Positions 61,324 to 64,000 of a stretch of DNA of 64,000 nt are shown piece by piece (positions within the stretch are counted from its first letter, which is position 1; the number at the start of each line of letters is the position of its first letter). The stretch lies in contig JAQUOD010000005.1 in assembly GCA_028717245.1 (NCBI GenBank), positions 18,637 to 82,636 of the forward strand. Direction: 5' to 3'. The notes beneath the pieces were generated by a model. It was not told the origin of the DNA and searched no databases. It saw only the letters and a program-made list of their open reading frames with translations. The DNA comes from Candidatus Omnitrophota bacterium. GTDB lineage: Bacteria > Omnitrophota > Gorgyraeia > Gygaellales > Profunditerraquicolaceae. Made by a program: the position numbers and the translations under genes.

Positions 61324-64000
61324 ATGGTTAATGAGGCTCTGGACATTACTAAAGAAATCTGGCATTCGTTGGCTGCTGATGAAGTTATCAAGCGGCTTGA
61401 AGTAGATATTTCTACCGGCCTATCCTCGGATGAGGTCAAGAAACGCAGGGATCGCTTTGGTTTAAATCAAATTACTCCCAAAAAAGGCACGCCCCTGTGG
61501 CTGCGTTTCTTGTTGCAATTTCATCAGCCCCTCATATATATTCTTCTGGTGGCGACGGCGACCACGCTATTCTTAAAAGAATGGGTTGACGCTTCGGTAA
61601 TTTTCGGCGTCGTTCTTATTAATGCCATCGTTGGCTTTCTACAGGAGGCCAAGGCCTTAAAGGCCCTTGAGGCTCTTTCTCGCTCAATGACCTCTTCCGT
61701 TTCCGTATTAAGAGACGGTAAGGAACAGCAAATTTCATCTATTGAATTGGTTCCCGGGGACGTGGTTATGATTGCCTCTGGCGACAAGATTACAGCTGAT
61801 ATGCGCCTTATTTATAGCCGAGACCTGCAAACTAACGAATCGCCTCTTACGGGAGAGTCTGTCCCGGTTGAGAAGCAAATTAAGCCCCTAGATGAGAAAA
61901 CCGTGTTAGCAGATAGATTAAATATGCTTTACGCCTCTATTTTTGTTACCTATGGCAGGGGGAAGGCTGTCGTTGCTGCCACAGGAGACGCAACTGAGGT
62001 CGGACGAATCTCAGAGTTAATCACTACGGCTGAGGATTTAGAAACGCCCCTTACAATTAAAATAGCCCACTTTAGCCGTTACCTTTTATTCGTTATCATG
62101 GGTCTGGCTGCACTTACTTTTGTTGTTGGAGTGCTTCGAGGCCAAGCATTTGTAGAAATGTTTATGGCCGCAATCGCACTTGCGGTAGGGGCGATTCCTG
62201 AAGGATTGCCTGCGGCTGTAACGATAACCTTAGCTATAGGCGTGGCAAGAATGGCTAAGCGCCGCGCTATAATTCGCAAGCTACCGGCAGTGGAAACGCT
62301 TGGCAGTACCGGAGTTATTTGTTCTGATAAAACCGGAACGCTTACTGAAAATCAGATGACCGTGCAAGAGATTTTTAGCGCAGGCCAGATATATCAAGTT
62401 TCAGGGGTAGGATATAGTTTTGAGGGCGCTATCCAAGAGTTTTCGCGTAAGTCCGGAGCGATATCTTCCATAGCTCTTAAGGAATGTTTGACAGCAGGCC
62501 TATTGTGTAATGATAGCAGGATTGTGGAGCGGCAAGGGCTGTTTCAGGTGGAAGGTGATCCGACAGAGGCGGCCCTTATTGTATCTGCGAATAAAGGAAA
62601 GAGCTTATTTCCCGCAGGCATGCCTGTGTTGCCGCGCAAAGACTCTATTCCGTTTGAATCGGAATATCAATACATGGCGACCTTTCATATTTTACCCAAC
62701 GGGGACGGCATTGTTTATTTAAAAGGTTCGACAGAAAAGATCTTAGCCAAATGCGTTAATCATCTCGATGAAAATGGCGAAATCCGTCCTTTAAAACGCG
62801 CCCTTATTGAGCATCAGATTGAAATTATGGCGGCAAAAGGGCTAAGAGTACTTGCTTTTGCTCGTGACAGTATTTCTTCGCAGAAAGATAGTATTGATCA
62901 TAGCGATATTACTGAATCTTTTACGCTTTTAGGGTTACAGGGGATGATAGATCCTCCGCGCAAGGAAGCGATTGAGGCTGTGCGGCGTTGCCATTCCGCG
63001 GGAATCCTTGTTAAGATGATAACTGGGGACCATGTACTGACGGCTAAAGCCATTGCCGGGCAATTAAACCTTAAAAGCCGTCTTGACGCGGAAGAGTCCG
63101 TTAAAAGTTTGGTAGCGTTAAGCGGAAGCGAACTTGAAAATATGAATGACGAGGAATTACAGGGATCTGTTGATCGTGTTAGCGTTTTCGCCCGCGTCAC
63201 TCCGGAGCAAAAGTTGCGGCTTGTCAAAGCGCTTCAGGCAAGAGGGTATATTGTGGCTATGACCGGAGATGGCGTAAACGATGCCCCGGCGCTTAAACAA
63301 GCTAATATAGGCGTTGCCATGGGTCGCACAGGCACAGAAGTCGCCAAGGAAGCAGCTGATATGGTCTTGACGGATGATAATTTTGCTTCCATTGAGGCCG
63401 CGGTGGAAGAGGGGCGATGCGTCTTTGATAACTTAAGAAAATTTATTGTCTGGACATTGCCGACAAACGCAGGTGAAGCCCTTGCTACTATGGTTGCCAT
63501 CTTTGGAGGTATTGTGCTTCCCGTTGCGCCGGTTCAATTACTTTGGATAAATATGACTACCGCTCTATGTTTAGGTATGATGTTGGCTTTTGAGTCTAAA
63601 GAACCCGATTTGATGCAACAGCCTCCCCGCGACCCTAAAATGCCGATTATGACCGGAGATCTCATTGCGCGGACAATTGTGGTGGGCGTGTTTTTAGCTC
63701 TTGGGGTTTTTGGGCTCTTTTTCTATGAAAGAAATAACGGACTAAGCATCGAAGAAGCGCGAACCGCAGCTGTCGGTGTTTTGGTTATAGGAGAGCTCTT
63801 TTATCTTTTTAATTGCCGTTCTTTATCGAGGCCTATGTTCGTCCTGGGGGTATTTTCAAACCGTTGGTTAATTTCAGGGGTTTTAATCATGATAGGTTTG
63901 CAGATGCTCTTTACCTATTCTCCCGTTATGAATCGGTTTTTTCATAGCGCGCCGATTTCATTGAATGCTTGGGTGCGGATTTTCTTGATTGGTTTATTGA
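61324..64000 (+). CDS. P-type cation-transporting ATPase (type IIA, Ca2+-ATPase-like; 3' end beyond window)
   Basis: ATG at 61324 is followed by an open frame to the window end. It has the DKTGTLT phosphorylation motif, TGES, and the GDGVNDAPAL hinge motif. It is absent from the ORF track because there is no stop in the window. Confidence 0.9.
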   Translation, partial: MVNEALDITKEIWHSLAADEVIKRLEVDISTGLSSDEVKKRRDRFGLNQITPKKGTPLWLRFLLQFHQPLIYILLVATATTLFLKEWVDASVIFGVVLINAIVGFLQEAKALKALEALSRSMTSSVSVLRDGKEQQISSIELVPGDVVMIASGDKITADMRLIYSRDLQTNESPLTGESVPVEKQIKPLDEKTVLADRLNMLYASIFVTYGRGKAVVAATGDATEVGRISELITTAEDLETPLTIKIAHFSRYLLFVIMGLAALTFVVGVLRGQAFVEMFMAAIALAVGAIPEGLPAAVTITLAIGVARMAKRRAIIRKLPAVETLGSTGVICSDKTGTLTENQMTVQEIFSAGQIYQVSGVGYSFEGAIQEFSRKSGAISSIALKECLTAGLLCNDSRIVERQGLFQVEGDPTEAALIVSANKGKSLFPAGMPVLPRKDSIPFESEYQYMATFHILPNGDGIVYLKGSTEKILAKCVNHLDENGEIRPLKRALIEHQIEIMAAKGLRVLAFARDSISSQKDSIDHSDITESFTLLGLQGMIDPPRKEAIEAVRRCHSAGILVKMITGDHVLTAKAIAGQLNLKSRLDAEESVKSLVALSGSELENMNDEELQGSVDRVSVFARVTPEQKLRLVKALQARGYIVAMTGDGVNDAPALKQANIGVAMGRTGTEVAKEAADMVLTDDNFASIEAAVEEGRCVFDNLRKFIVWTLPTNAGEALATMVAIFGGIVLPVAPVQLLWINMTTALCLGMMLAFESKEPDLMQQPPRDPKMPIMTGDLIARTIVVGVFLALGVFGLFFYERNNGLSIEEARTAAVGVLVIGELFYLFNCRSLSRPMFVLGVFSNRWLISGVLIMIGLQMLFTYSPVMNRFFHSAPISLNAWVRIFLIGLL

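Overview
This 64-kb window spans the replication origin of a bacterial chromosome with intermediate GC content.

Minus-strand genes (1..14956) run leftward from the origin in this order:
- pheS (5' partial), a hypothetical secreted protein, trkH, trkA, trkA, rplT, rpmI, infC, thrS
- tRNA-Val, tRNA-Leu, a free-standing LAGLIDADG homing endonuclease gene, tRNA-Cys
- coaC, rpoZ, gmk, yicC-like, ndk, parB, parA, a Jag_N-only protein, yidC, yidD, rpmH

Plus-strand genes (15397..64000) run rightward:
- dnaA, dnaN, a DUF721/DciA-like protein
- gyrB carrying a 434-aa HNH intein, and gyrA carrying a 441-aa LAGLIDADG intein
- a GIY-YIG nuclease gene overlapping tRNA-Glu
- glmS, rsmI, pyrR, pyrB, pyrC, a PHP/EndoQ-like protein, tRNA-Arg
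- a low-GC islet (small membrane protein plus LOG-like protein)
- carA, carB, yjbQ, mutM, an ICMT-like methyltransferase
- pyrK, a GT2 glycosyltransferase, a TauE-like half transporter, pyrD, pyrF
- a Chlamydia-type V-ATPase operon (E, DUF2764, A, B, D, I, K)
- tRNA-Val, a second free-standing LAGLIDADG gene overlapping tRNA-Asp
- a cell-envelope cluster (peptidoglycan-binding proteins, class-A beta-lactamase-like hydrolase, disrupted OmpA-like gene)
- mscS, an alpha-glucan phosphorylase, pyruvate kinase, and a Ca-type P-type ATPase (3' partial)

The gene content (V-type ATPase with the DUF2764 gene, no rnpA or recF at the origin) suggests a PVC-superphylum (Omnitrophota-like) uncultivated lineage. 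This is inference only.

The most unusual content falls into five groups:
- Two LAGLIDADG endonuclease ORFs sit exactly between tRNA genes, and both gyrase subunits carry inteins with different endonuclease types.
- A 25-bp duplication of the tRNA-Glu 3' end flanks a 117-bp insert just upstream of glmS.
- Intergenic '4 direct units + loop + 4 inverted units' hairpin elements built from 7-9 nt motifs (TTGAGT, GTCAAAG, CGTTAAT, GTGTAAT, GCACCNGGTGC) occupy most intra-operon spacers, some directly abutting start codons.
- Tandem heptamer repeats are inserted inside the coding sequences of pyrK, pyrD, pyrF and a secreted protein.
- A 44-nt identical element occurs twice with compensatory flanking stems.

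All identifications rest on reading the translations and sequence by eye, and no database search was run. Coordinates of RNA features are accurate to about +/-2 nt.
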